DNA of 64,000 nt from Isurus oxyrinchus. Its lineage: Eukaryota. The DNA is taken from contig JANJGN010000792.1 in the NCBI GenBank assembly GCA_026770705.1, forward strand, positions 124,001-188,000, read 5' to 3'. This document shows positions 49,667 to 62,766 of the stretch, piece after piece. The notes beneath the pieces were generated by a model, which saw only the letters and a list, made by a program, of their open reading frames with translations, did no database searches and was not told where the DNA came from. Positions within the stretch are counted from its first letter, which is position 1, and each line of letters starts with the position of its first letter. A program made the position numbers and the translations under genes.

Positions 49667-52600
49667 CTGAATACTTGTGGAATTGTCTCTCCGTTCTGTG
49701 AACTTAAGTCACACTGAGAGGTCACATCATGCCCTCAATCTTGATTTTCCCGTGAACATGCTCACAAGCAGTGGATCAGTGGGACCAGGGTTTATGCCAA
49801 TTGGATGGCATCTCTCTCTTGTAATTCAACTGGATTAGCAATCTGATAAATCAAAAGTAAATTGTTATCTAAACAATTCGAGCCAGATTGAAGTCCCTAC
49901 ACACAGTTTCTGCGACAAACATTGGACTGGAGATCACCGACAGCCCGCCATACAAATCTGTTCTGTACCCTCCTGACACAGATAGCGAGCTCAAAATTAA
50001 TTGCATCTGGAATACTGGAAGCAACGTTCATCCACATAACTATAATGCACAGTTATTCATCGTATTTATATTGTATACAGTGTTCTCATAAATCCGACTC
50101 ACTCAAAAGAGAATAATTGTAAAAACAATCAATTATATATAAAAATCCAAAGTGCAATTGTGAAAATGTGTGAGACAGAAGGGCAGGTAACTATCGAAAT
50201 TTTGGTGAGAGAGAGAGACAGAGTCACCCATTGCTTCCAGAAGAGTGGATGCTTGAAAATGTTACATCCAGATTCAAAAAAATGGGATAAATGTTAAACT
50301 GCCTATTGCCGGCCAGCCTGTTTCACGCATATGGCGGGGAAGCTTAGACAAACAATAATCCTGAAATAAATAAATTGAAATAGAGAAATAAATCAGAAGC
50401 CTGGCGATCGCCGACACTGGCTGCTCTCCTCCAAGTTTAGTGTATTAAATGCGCAGATTTCACTATTAGCACATTTTCGCATTGAGAAATGGAGCCACTA
50501 TTCTCACGAAGAATTGTCCTGACCAGGAGGCAACTCAATTTTTTTATTCAACAGTTATGCCATTTTTGGGATATTAAGCATTATAAATCCAGATTCTAAT
50601 TGAAACACAGTGAGTTCACTGAGAGAAGGTATCCATTCATCTTCACCTCTGATGTAACTGAAGGAAGGCGGCACCCCTACAGTACCACATTGAACCCACC
50701 TCTTCAGTTTCATTTGTGAATGTGAGAAGCTAACACTAGGTTTCTTTACTTTGGTTACTTTGGGAAAAGGCTATAGGCCAAGTGCTGGTAAATGGGGTTA
50801 GAAAGGTAGGTCAGGCACTTCTCACGTGCCGGTGCAGACTCGATGGGCCAAAGGGCCTCTTCTGCTCTGTGATTCTGTGATTCTGTGAAAATCTGATAGA
50901 TGGTGAATGCCATTCATATTCCTCTCTGTTCCTCCTCGCCAATCTTTCGTTTTCTTTTATTCTAACTCTATTTGCCCCTTGAACTCCCTCCTAAACCTCC
51001 TCAATTTTTGTCACTAAACCGCAGCTCAGTGCCTACATTTAACCCACTGACTGTCCCATAACTGAAGTCTTTCCTCATGATGGCAGGAGGGATTCAGTAC
51101 ATGTTTTTTACAATGTTCAATGCGTAAGATCAGTCCATAAACTACTGCCACTGACCAAGTGTCACAGTCCAAGAATTAAAGCCAGAGATTTCCCTGCGGG
51201 AATGGGAAAATAATTCTGAACACAAAGGGAGCTAGAATTTCTCTACACGGCAATAAATGTTTCACCCAATGATTTATTTGAAATCTGAGATTCAAAGAGT
51301 TTTCTTAACAGAGATTATTACGAAATATGAGGGAAAAGCGAAAATATGGAGGTAGTCACCAAACAAACAGAAAAAAACAGAACATGCTCCAGCGAATAAA
51401 GGGTCTCAACAAGAGTAAAGGTCAAGGAACAGCGCCTGACCTTCCAACTGGGTAGGAAACAGCATTCTGGACTCAACACAATTTTAGATCAGAACATCTG
51501 CCTCAATATTTTTTGGTCACGTTTCTTTCTTTACTCCTTCATGTTACATTCAGACCGTGCCTTAGCAGCCATTCACAAACTCAGATGGACACCTCTTTTT
51601 TTATTTCTTTCCTACAGCCACTACAATTTGTTTGTAACCATTGAAACTCTCCTCCTGCTATCTACCCTCATTGACATTCTCTTTTGCACATCCAACCTCC
51701 ACCCGCACTCCACTGGTTTAAACCCTTGTTACATTTACATCTTTCCTTCATTTTGATAAAAAAAAATCATCGACCTGAACAGTTCGCCTTTGGTCTCCAC
51801 AGATGCTTTATGAACTGTTGAATATTTCCACAATTTTCTGTTCACTTCGGTTTTCCAGTGTCTGTACTACTTTCCTTTACAATCTGAAAGCATTTTGGAA
51901 AAAATCTTGAACGTCATTCATATTCCTCTCAATTTATTCTCCGCCAATCTTTCAGCTTTCTTGCTCCGCAAGTCTGCCGCTACAGCTTCGTCCGAACGTC
52001 CCTCAATTCTGGACACTAAAATGCAGCTCTTTGTTGAAGACAGTGGCTACCCCTGTAACGGATTCTCCCCCGTGATTTTTGCACTGATTTGATCCACAAT
52101 TCTGGAATGCTAAGGGAAACAGAAAATCAATCCAAGACCTATTTCAGTTTCCTGGGAATCTCCAATTAAGGTCCACAGTGAAAATATTCAAGCCAGGAGT
52201 TCCAGCATGGAAATTAGGAAACAATTCTATGCACAAAGGGTCGCAGAACTTCAGGACTCTCTTCAGTACAAGGAAATTAATCCTTGATCGATTGTTGTAT
52301 TTTAACTCTAAGAATGCAAGAGTTTTGTTAGAGGATATTAAGGGTTATGGGGCAAAGGCGAGCATATGGCGATAGTCACCAATCAGACACAACATCAGTG
52401 AACATGTTCTAGGGACTAAATGTCCTTTAGAACAACAAAATTCGAGGAACAACAGATCAACTTCGAACTGGGTAGTCTGCAGCCTTCTGGTCTCAACGTT
52501 GAGTTCAACAAATTTTGATCCTAATATCTGCCTCAATGTTGTTTCGAGAGTGTATTTTTTTTCTTCTTGTTGGTTTGGTTTGTGACGTTTCTTTCTTTAT

Positions 52601-54081
52601 TCTCCATGTTACATTCGGGCCTTTGCTGTGCCTCCAATCACACCTCAACTGGACACACCTTCACTTTCCTTATTATACTCCCACAATCACAAAGGTTTGG
52701 AAATATTACAACACAGGAGAAGGTCATTCGATCAATCTTGTCTGAATGAGCAATTCACTTAGTGCCGTTCCCCGCCTTCTCCCTGTACTGGCGATCTTCA
52801 TTTCGAGATAGCAGTCTCACTCCGCTCTTTATGATTCCCTTGAACCTACCTTCACCACACTCTCAGGTGGTGCATTCGAGAACTTAACCACTTTCCAGGA
52901 GAAAGAAATGTGTTTTTTTTTCGTCGTGTCTTTTGTTTTTTTTTAAACAACTGTGCTAGCTCGATCTTGATTATTTCACGGATGGGAACACTTGCTTCCC
53001 CTCCAACCTCTCCAGACCTTTCGTGATGCTCAATCCCTCTAGCAAATCTTCTCTCAACCTTCCTTTCTCCCAGGGAATCATTCCTAACTTCTCCAATCTA
53101 TCCTCACAACTGAAGATCCTCATCCTAGGAAACATTCTCGTGAACATTTTCTGCCCACCTTCCAACATCCTTCACATTTTTGCATCCTTCCGAAAGAGAA
53201 GCGAACAGAACCAGGTGGGATACACCAGCTGAGGCTGAACCAGAGCCTTCTACAAATCTTGTTTCTCTTATTCCCATTACAACACTCTTTGGTTTTAGGG
53301 TCATGAAAACCTTTGACTCCTGCCCTCTCAGACTTTTGAAGTGACCCCATAAGCATCGGATCAGACATAAACTGTGCAGGCCTTCCACATCTAGTTGTGA
53401 ATAGTGGTGGACAATTAAACACTGACTGGAGAAGGAAGCTCCACAAATAAATACTGGCTTTCCCAGTGGTTTTCACATCCACGAAGCAATAATAAAAAGC
53501 TGTCAATGTATTCCGGGAATCGCAGCAATCCTACCCTGGGGTCAATTCCATTCGCTGTTGAAAGGGTTCCACAGTGGCCCAATCTGCTTCTCCGACACAT
53601 TGACAGATATCAGAAGGTCACCCTCTGTTTCACTGAGATTCATGTCAAGGACAGTTTCCAGTAGGCATGAAACAGGGGAAGAAAATTTACTGAAATAAAT
53701 TGTAGTTGATGGAGCTGCCTTAAAAGCATTGTTTTTTTTTGCCAGAATTACTTCTCAAATCCCTTGAGACATCCCTTAATCCGTTATATCCCTCTTTGTG
53801 AAGGTGTGTGCGCCGGATCAAGGTCAAAGAACAAAAGAAAATGGGATCTCCTGTATAACTTCTGCTCTGAGCCAGAAGCGGTTATCATTCACTTAACCAG
53901 ACAAAATCATTCGTTCATTAGAATGATCTGAAGAGGAAGAGATGCTTCAGCACAACTGTGTGCACTCGGTTTAAAGGGAATTCCGATCCTATCGTTCTTC
54001 TTTATATTCACACAATATTCTAAATGCTTTCCCCTGAATGAAAATGCTCAGCTCATTGCCTGGTTAATTTGAAAAAAGTAA

Positions 54082-54155
54082 AAGCGCCATTGAAATTAGA
54101 ACTCAGGATCACCTGCATTACTGATACAAGATATCATGCACCAAACCACAGCACA
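54082..54155 (-). pseudogene. tRNA-Thr relic (paralogue of 20806-20880)
   Basis: Same position in the duplicated block; gatcctgagttctaat remnant. Confidence 0.55.
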
Positions 54156-54699
54156 AAGTTATGAACAACACCAGGCTTCAATGTTTTGAACCATATTCTA
54201 CTATTTTGCTACAAACACATTGGCAAATCTTCATCTGCTAAGGGGCTAGGTGGCAGCGAGAATTGAGAATTTGCAGGAAGGTAAATTAAGGCAGATGTTC
54301 TTCCAGGAAGTTATGGAACTTTTGGGAAGCTGGAAGACACGTTATACACTTGCGCCTATTTCTCATGTTCTTGCAGACACCACACAGAGGAAACACTGGG
54401 GTTATATCTAACGTGGATTGGAAGCAATGCTGATTCACCTTCGTGATTCCGGAGTTCAGTAAATTACATTTGAAGTTCAAGTTTCCTAATCCCAGATTCT
54501 TATAAGCATAGAATGGATTATTTGGCCCATCATGTCTGCGCTCGTTCTTTGAAGGAGAAATTATTCTACTATCATTTCCCAGCCTTCCCTGATCCCTGCA
54601 CACTTTTTCTTTTTCTTTTCAGGGATTCAATGTTTCCGACTGCCTTGATTTATTTTTTTTTCCTTCTTCATTATATCTGTCTTTAGTACTTTCCCCTTT

Positions 54700-55830
54700 A
54701 CAGGTGTGAGCTTAGCTAACGTCGACATCAAGGCAGTTTTTGTCCGAAAGCAACGTCATGGATCCCGAGCACAACTGGAGTTAATGGGAAGCAGAGAGAA
54801 AACATTCCGATGCTTGGGGTCATACCATCACAAATGTAAGTTGTTGTTGGAGGTTAATCATCTGAGTTACAGGACATCACTGCAGGAGTTCCTCGGGATA
54901 GAGACCTCAGCCTAAACATCTTCAGATGCTTCATCAATGACGTTCAATTCATTTTAAGGTCAGAAGTGCTGATGTTTACTGATGATGGCACAATGTTCAG
55001 CACCATTCGCAAATCCTCACACACTGAAGCAGTCCACGTGCAAATGTATCAAGACGTGGACAATTTCCAGGCTTCCATTGACAAGTGGCAAGTAACATTC
55101 GTGCCACACAAACGCCAGGCAATGACCACCTCAAACAGAGGAGAATCCAACCATTGCTCCTTGAGTCTAATGGCATTATCATTACTGAATCTCTCATTAT
55201 CAAAATCCTGGGATATCATTGACCAGAAACTGAACTGGAGAAGCCATACAAATGAAATGGCTGCAAGACAGGTTACAGGCGAAGAACCCTGCGGCGAGTA
55301 ACTCACCTCATCACTCCCCAAAGACCGTCTACCATCTACAAGACACAAGTCAAGAGCGTGTTTGAATACTTTCAATTGGCCTGGATGAGTGCAGCAACAA
55401 ACCTCCAGAAGCTTGACACCATCCAGGAGAAGAGAACCCGCTTGACTGGCACCCTATCCACCCAACATCCCTCCACCACGAGAGTACAGTAGCAGAAGTG
55501 TTCTTCACCCAGACGATGCACTGTAGGAACTCACCAAGACTCCTTGGACAGCAAATTCCAACCCCACGAACACTGCCATCTAGAAGGACAAGGGCAGCAG
55601 ATGCACGGAGACACCGCTTACTTGAGAGTTCTCCTCCAACCCTCACACCATTCTGACATGGAAACATATCGCTGTTCCTTCACTACCTCTGGATCAATAC
55701 CCTAGAAACCCCCCTCCCCCACCACCCCCCTCACCCCACCGCTAACGGAACTGTGGGTGTACATACACCACGTGGAATGGACAAGGCAATTCAGCAGCAT
55801 TTTCTCAAGGGAAACTAGAGATGGGATTTT
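54700..55830 (+). mobile_element. Non-LTR retrotransposon 3' part (CR1/L2 group)
   Basis: DIKAVF, MFTDDGTMFSTI...QDVDNFQASIDKWQVTFVPHKRQAM, IIDQKLNWRSH. Confidence 0.75.
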
Positions 55831-56084
55831 ATTCTCTACAAATTGACAACCGTGCTTAATGCCGATCTGGTCTAAAATTCTGTATTCTCTCCCTAAACTA
55901 CTCTACTTCTACAGCTCCTTCTGATCTTTAAGATGTTACTTAACAGTTTCCCCTTTGACCAAGCTTTTGTCATCTGATCTAATATCTCCTTCTGTGGCTC
56001 AGCATCATGTTTGCTTTATTTGTCATTATAACCCACTTGTTAAGCCTTTTGTGACTTATGGCTATGTGCCAATATCAGTATTTA

Positions 56085-56157
56085 TCGATGGTGATACAGT
56101 GGTGAGCATAGCTGCTTTCCAAGTATTTGACCCCCAGTTCGATTCCCAGCTGCCGCA
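56085..56157 (+). pseudogene. tRNA-Gly(TCC) pseudogene
   Basis: ggtgatacagtggtgagcatagctgctTTCCaagtatttgacccccagttcgattccc..cgca, followed by a long T run; acceptor stem broken. Confidence 0.8.
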
Positions 56158-56804
56158 ATTTCTTGTTTTTTTTTTACCTCTCAAATCGGAAACCCCAAAC
56201 ATGAAGCTGAATTTGATCGATTTCGATGAAATTTTGCTTCGAACACATGGGCGGGTTTAATAGAAATATAATTAATTCCCACCTCCACTTATCTTCCATT
56301 TAAAATGTAACTCAGATTCATTCCTTCTTGATGATAATGAAGGCTTTTCCTGAGCTGTAGTGTGGAGCCGAGATAGGATTACTCGGATTTGTAACATTCA
56401 GCGATTGTCTGAATATTTTCCATCTGCTGCTTCCAATATCTTATTTGAATACCGATTCCTGCGCAGGGATTGTTTTATTGTTCATAAAGTGACAGACTGC
56501 TCACGCTGGGAATCTGAAATAATAACAGAAGGTGCTGGAAAAACTCAGCAGGTCCTGCAGCATCTGTGGAGACAGGATATGGGGTTTCACATTTCACCTT
56601 GATAGAAGTTTTAACACATAGACCCACTATCGAAGCATCGATACTGCCAGAGCTACTCAGTTTTTCCAGTATTTTCCATTAGAATCATAGAATGGCGACA
56701 ACTCCGCAAGAGGCTATTCGGGCCGTCTAATCTGTTCTGGCCCTCTAAAGGAACAATTCACCCACTGCCACTCCCCGTAACCCTGCAATGTTTTTCTATG
56801 CATG

Positions 56805-57165
56805 TGAGTGCGGATGGATTCTATAAATAACAGTCTCTGCTACTGTCTCTGATTTTGGAACTGATTCTGGGACTATCAGTCTCTGATACTGTTCTGTAAT
56901 TGTGGGATTGATTCGATCAATTTCAGTCCCTGGCACTATCTGCCAGTGTGGAATTGATTCTGTAAATATCAGTCTCTGATACTGTCTGTCATTGTGGGAT
57001 TGATTCGATCAATTGCAATCCCTGGCACTCTCTGCAAATGTGTGATTGATTCGATGAATATCAGTCTTTGCTTCCATCGGTGGGTCTGAGATTGATTCGG
57101 TAAATATCAATCTCTGCTACTAGCTGTGAGTGTGGGATTGATTCTGTATCTTTCAGTCTCTGACT
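56805..57165. repeat. 46-bp minisatellite, about 8 units
   Basis: Tandem units such as attgtgggattgattcgatcaatttcagtccctggcactatctgcc. Confidence 0.85.
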
Positions 57166-59321
57166 CACAAACAAGCAGCGTTCCATGTGGGACTAAATAC
57201 CTCTTGCGTGGTTTTCCGCTGCAAGTCAGCAACTGAAATCAACATTTTCTACAATTCACTTTGATCAGCATCTGAACAAAAGAACTGGAGATGGGGAAAG
57301 GTCAGAGAAGAATGAAAAAGTCGGAATTGTCCTTTTAGGAAGCTCAATTTGTGACCATTCCCCACAAGGCATTTGCTGTTTACGAGCCCATTTTCACAAA
57401 GCAATCCTGCAGAAACATGGGAGGATTGAGGAGGCTAGCGAATCTGCTGGAACCGGGCAATAATTAAGACTTACTCACCTCTGAAGTGGGAGTTAAACGG
57501 AAAAATTTAGTTGATTTTATGATTTCAGTAGGAAAGTAGAGAACATGTCAGCAAATGGATGAAAGAGCATGATCTCTGCAGCAATAAAATAGGGTTAAGT
57601 CGAAACTGAGGCTTTTTCAGCAAATGGGAACTTTTCAAAAGCAACCATTCTGGTCTGAGAGACAGGAAGGATCTCGCCTGGGACTCCGGACTGTCCGATT
57701 TTCAATGAGAGTTTAGTAGCACACGGAAACCAAAAGTTTCATGCACTAGGACACCCAGACTCCTTTGCATCTCAGAGCTTTGCAATCTCTCACCGGTTGG
57801 ATATTGAAAAAGTTCTAGGTGAATCAGGAGTGAGCGGGACCGAGAATACGAGAGGTTGGAGCCTTTGGCCCGAGCTGACAGAGGCCACAACGTTTTAAGT
57901 CGGGCAGAGGTGAAGGGCGAGGCCAAAACCATGTGGATCCCGAGAGACCGTGGAGTGGCGAATGCAAACAATTATTCTGATATTGGGGCATAGTAGGGGT
58001 GAGGTGGGGGGTGGTAATTGAGGAGTCAGGCATGCATGGAGAAGGGGAACGGGGAGCCAGGATGGCATGGTGATAGAGGGTGGGTGGAGGGAAGCGAGAC
58101 CGGCCTGGAGTTGTTTTTAGTGGGGGAAGCGGGTGAGAGGGGGGGAAGAACTGGCTTGAAACTTCTACCGTGATTTTTTTGGGATATTCTTTGAATTAAG
58201 TGGCCCATTAACCTAATCTTTCCGCGTGTAAGAGCTGTTACATTGAGAGAATTCTCTGCTTCATCCTCCGAATGTGATCTTTAGGGAGACGGGGCACATG
58301 GCTGCTGCAGTTTGAAACCTCATCCACATGATGAGGCCGCTAGTAATACAGCACTCAGCCTTGTGCTGAGTCAGACTGCATGGTGCATCCTGGGCTACAA
58401 ATTGGACTCCCTGCTTTCGGGATAGAGACAAAAGAAAATATGACCGCAGGCCAGCCATCACCTCAAGGGGATCTGCAAAGCCTCCAGGACATTTGGGAGA
58501 TGATCCCCGCGACATGTTTATCTCAACCGCGGAAGTCTCTTCATCTGCTGCTCCTGCTTTATTCAAGAATTGTTTCAGTTTCCACCCTTTCTCAGTGCCA
58601 CCCCCGCACATAGGGAGATGTTTTCAACTTAGTTTACAGTGGACAAAATGTCCATTTGAGGTTTAATATTTACACCAACTTGAAAATGGTCTAGAAACAT
58701 CTGGAGTACAATAGGGGTGAAACAAAACTCTAGATTGGTGTAGTCATCAATCCTTGTCATAACGTGTTCCCAGATCTTTTTGCTTCCTGCCCGTAATTTT
58801 CAGTCTTTTCTGACCAATGCTGCCATTCTCACCATTGTCCATTCTTAGTCCCTCAGCAGTTTCATATCAGGCTTTGTCCACTGTGATTACCGTCCCTTTT
58901 GGCCATCTGGACATCAGTGACCTTATTGCTGCCAAGGACTCAGCGTCCCCAGCAGAGCAAGCCGCAGCGACCCAAAAGTTATGTTTGGTTTTCTAGATCG
59001 CGGAGCTGCTGACCAGGATTGAGCCGCTGTCTGCCGTGAGCGACAAGAAGGATCGAGAGGAAGGGGGGACGCGCTGTTCAAATGGAAGGGACGAGGAAAG
59101 TTTTGAGAATAAGTGGAAGCATTTGTTCTTTATTTTCTCCTCCTGTAACATAGGGTAGGCCGCAGTGACAGGGAAAAGCGAGGTTAGTAAATAGGCCTGG
59201 GGTCATGGCGAACAATGTAGAGTGCAAAACTAGCCAGAAAACTGTTTAAAAAAAATCACTCTGCACAATAATTTCTTCAATGCTCCCGTTTAGTTGGGAG
59301 TGTATAGGTCAAACACGACCA

Positions 59322-60005
59322 TTTCATTTTTTAAAAAAGATACTAAAGTTTATTTTCCAACCTGAGCAAGAGTTCGAAGGAATGTTTACAAAATGTTTCG
59401 CTATTTCCACTTTAGGACACGATCAATACTCAAAACTAACAAAAATACAAAATAAAGGCCCAGCGTCCACAAGAAGCCAAACCTACAGTCCAATAATGTT
59501 TTAGAAAATGTTTGAATATCACTTCAAAATAGTCTGGAGGTGAAGTAATAAAGCAAAGAGTTTAAGCACGCTCCCCCGGATCCGTTGTACCAGCTGGGTG
59601 TCTTTGGGCATAACGGTCACTCTTTTGACATGGATGGCACACAGGTTGGTGTCCTCAAACAGGCCAACCAACTAGGCCTCACTGGCTTCCTGCAATGCTC
59701 CAGTTGCCACACTCTGAAACCTCAGGTCAGTTTCGAAGCCCTGGGCAATTTCCCTCACCAGGCGCTGGAAGGACACTTTGCAGATAAACAACTCTATATG
59801 GAATTCTGGCATCGGCAGATTTCTCAGAGTGCGACTGTACCCAACCTGTAGCGATGAGATCTCTTCACTTCGCCAGTGGAGGGGGCATATTTCTGGGCTG
59901 CCTTGGAGACCAGCTGCTTCCTGGGCGCGTTGCCGCTGGTGGACTTCCAGGCTATCTGTTTGGTATGAGCCATCCCTGCTCAGAGGATCAACTTGACCGC
60001 CTGCA
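59322..60005 (-). pseudogene. Processed histone H3.3 pseudogene (CDS 59562-59973)
   Basis: [34 protein letters not shown]...[15 protein letters not shown]...[24 protein letters not shown]; AATAAA on minus strand at 59349-59354; short T-tract 59322-59332. Confidence 0.85.
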
Positions 60006-61451
60006 ATAGTGAACTCATGTAAATGATTTAGGTTCTTGTCGTCAGAGTGCAGCACAAATAATGATCATTGCACTGTTACAGAGGCAGATATTAATAGCTG
60101 CAATAAACAAAGAACCCTTTTATTCAATCCTATTCATTGTGAATTGACTGATTTCTAAGACATTCAAATATTACTCTTGCGGAGTTAAAGAAGGAGCTGA
60201 GGACCGCTCAGCAACCTGCTGATCTGCAGCTGGGTGCTGATGCTGACCATGCTGCAGGAGCGTGCGCACAGAAGGTCAATAAAATGTAGACCAAGGGCAG
60301 TGTGCACCCTCCTGCCGCTGGACTCCATGGCAATGGAAGTGGCTCAGCACAGAAAAAAGGGAAAGTAGTGTCATTCACCTGGACCTAGTTTGTAGACTAG
60401 CCGACAGAAGTGTGCAGGGTTAATGGCCAAGCTGGAGGATCATCAGGAGGAGGAACGACCTACCAACAGGACGGTGTGAACCTCCACCAGTGGCATCAAG
60501 CAGTGGTCAGCATTGGTGAAAACTACCACTCTGTACAGTGACAGCGGAAAGAAGCCAAGTGAGGCAGCCAGAGGGAAGGACAAATGGCAGCATGAGGCTG
60601 AGTCTCAACGTTTATTCCCAGTCAGAATGACAACAGCCACATCAGGCCAATCAGAGCTCCTCACCAGCTGCTTTCAAAGTCACATTCTGCTGAGCTTCCT
60701 TTGGTAACAGCTGAACTTACATGGGTGGGTAATGCACATGCACAGTCCAGCATCGCAGATCCAACACCACTTTATCCATCTCCATAAATATCAGTGGTCA
60801 GACAGCGAGTATGACAGGCTGAAATAGAAGCCCAGAGGCAAGAGAATGGTACCCTGTGTGCAGAGTACCATAGACCACGGGCTCAATTTCACAGCTGGAG
60901 CAAGGCACTAGATGTCCTCTGTGTGACAAGCTGGGTAAGAATTCCCTGTTCCATGCTGCACTCCACAAATCAGCAGCTTCCTCTACAGTCAGTGATTGTC
61001 GGGTCCCTGCACATTATGATGAATTGTTTGAGGCACCTGAAAACAGAGTTGTGTGAATAGAGATCCTGCAATTGAATGTAAGGAAATTCACGTGGATCAT
61101 CCCCACGTGGCCCCCGCCCTTCTGCCCCCTCCACAGCTTCTGAATCTATAGCCCTTGGATTCCTCTGGAGAGCAAGATAAAGCAACCAGCGAGTTTCCCC
61201 TTTCCATTGAAGCTGTGAATCCTGGAAAGCTCATGCGGGAGATTTTTCGCCCCATTTGTCCCAGTGGCAATTGATAGCAGGCGTGAGGATGAAAAATCGG
61301 TGAGTGCTTGTGGAACCCTCCCAACAATATGTGAATTTAGGTCAAACTGAGAGATCACATCATGTTCTCACCCTTGAATTTGCCAAGAATATGCTCACAA
61401 GCAATTGATCAGAGACAATGGTACCTACATCAATTGACTGGCCTTTTTTTC

Positions 61452-61770
61452 TGGTGATGTCACTGGATTAGTAATCCAGAGAGGCTAATGCTCAGGGGAC
61501 ATAGGTTCAAATCCAACTATGGCAGCTGATCGAATTTCAAATCAGTTGAGACATTCTGGGATATAAAACTAATTTAAATAATGCTGGCCAACATTAGAGT
61601 ATCATCGGTTGTTGTAAAAAAAAGCCGGTTCATAAATGTCCCGTGTGGAAGGAAATCTGCTGTCCTTGCCCAGTCTGGTCTGCAGAAATGTTGTTGACAC
61701 TTAACTATTCTCAAAGGATGGGGATGCCGGCCTTGTCAGGGATGTCACATTGGAGAGAATGAAGAAAGTC
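61452..61770 (+). mobile_element. tRNA-derived SINE
   Basis: ggtgatgtcactggattagtaatccagag...ggttcaaatcc (B box)...gaaggaaatctgctgtcctt...LINE-like 3' tail. Confidence 0.7.
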
Positions 61771-62766
61771 CTTGCTCTATCGCTCTGTAAGGCATATAGT
61801 GGCCTGCCTAGTTCAGCCTCGACGGTTTGAGTGATTCTTGCCACCAGGTTGGGAAATTAAAAGAGAAATCGCAGCGATCACGCTTTGACTCGCTCTTTAC
61901 GATGGTTCAATGTCCATCACTGAAACATTGTTAATAATATTTTTCAAAGCGACCAGCAGTTATTCCCAGCATTATACCGACCTCAGGGGGTAACTGCCAA
62001 TCAACCACCTATTAATGCCGAAATTACATAGATGCAGAGCCGCATTTTCACACAAAGAATACCTCCTGGAGGCAGGATTGAAGAATGGGAGTGGGAATGA
62101 AGATTTGAGGCAAGTACAATCCACTCAGGACATGAAAGCACATTGTCTAGTTTTCACATCCTATCGTGTTTTAGCAGCAACACGCATTTGCAGCCATCAG
62201 ACTATCAGGATCTCAAATTAATTCCCTAACTTTCAGAAACCTGGGCAAGAGAAAGTGAAAGTGCAACATCGTCAAATATTTTTTGTTGCACCAGAAAAAT
62301 TGGAGACTCTGAAATATTTAGAAAAGAGAAATCTGGTTATAAGCCGCCTGGTGCATGCACTCTTCACTAGTGACGTCCTTCTGAACTCAAGCTGCAGGGG
62401 CACAGCTTCTACAGCAGACGGGAGGAAGCCTTTACCCTTAAAGGTCACTGAGACAGTCAACGGTGAGTGCACATATCAACCAGTCGCCAGGCATTTATAA
62501 AGAAATTAAATGTATTGCATGTAATTCCCAGGCGCTGCTGGATGGTGAACTAAACATTCGGTCTGGGACCAAATGTTTCAGTAAAAGAGCGTCTCTCTTG
62601 TGATTTTAATAAGCGAATGCGTTACCTTCTCGGAGTTCATGAGACAGCACCATCGACAGGTGGAGAACCAGTGACGGGAGAGACAGAGCCGAACCGAATA
62701 ATAAACAGCTGCTGCACAAATGCAAGACGGCGGCCCAGCAGGAGGCTGGACACAACAGGAGTGGGA

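Larger units (their letters stand above)
44020..54650. repeat. Segmental repeat unit, copy B
   Basis: 44020-49830 is collinear with 56085-61470; 47600-54650 is collinear with 12840-21380, with internal deletions. Confidence 0.85.

Noticed and set aside
56805-57165. CRISPR-like array
   Set aside because: Contiguous degenerate tandem units without unique spacers, vertebrate context, no cas genes.
57820-59130. Apparent long minus-strand coding relic (also 46600-48200 and 12860-13400)
   Set aside because: No recognisable family, and some stops are shared between copies. The best-conserved part is explained as the antisense shadow of BEN exon a, and the rest by the duplication itself.
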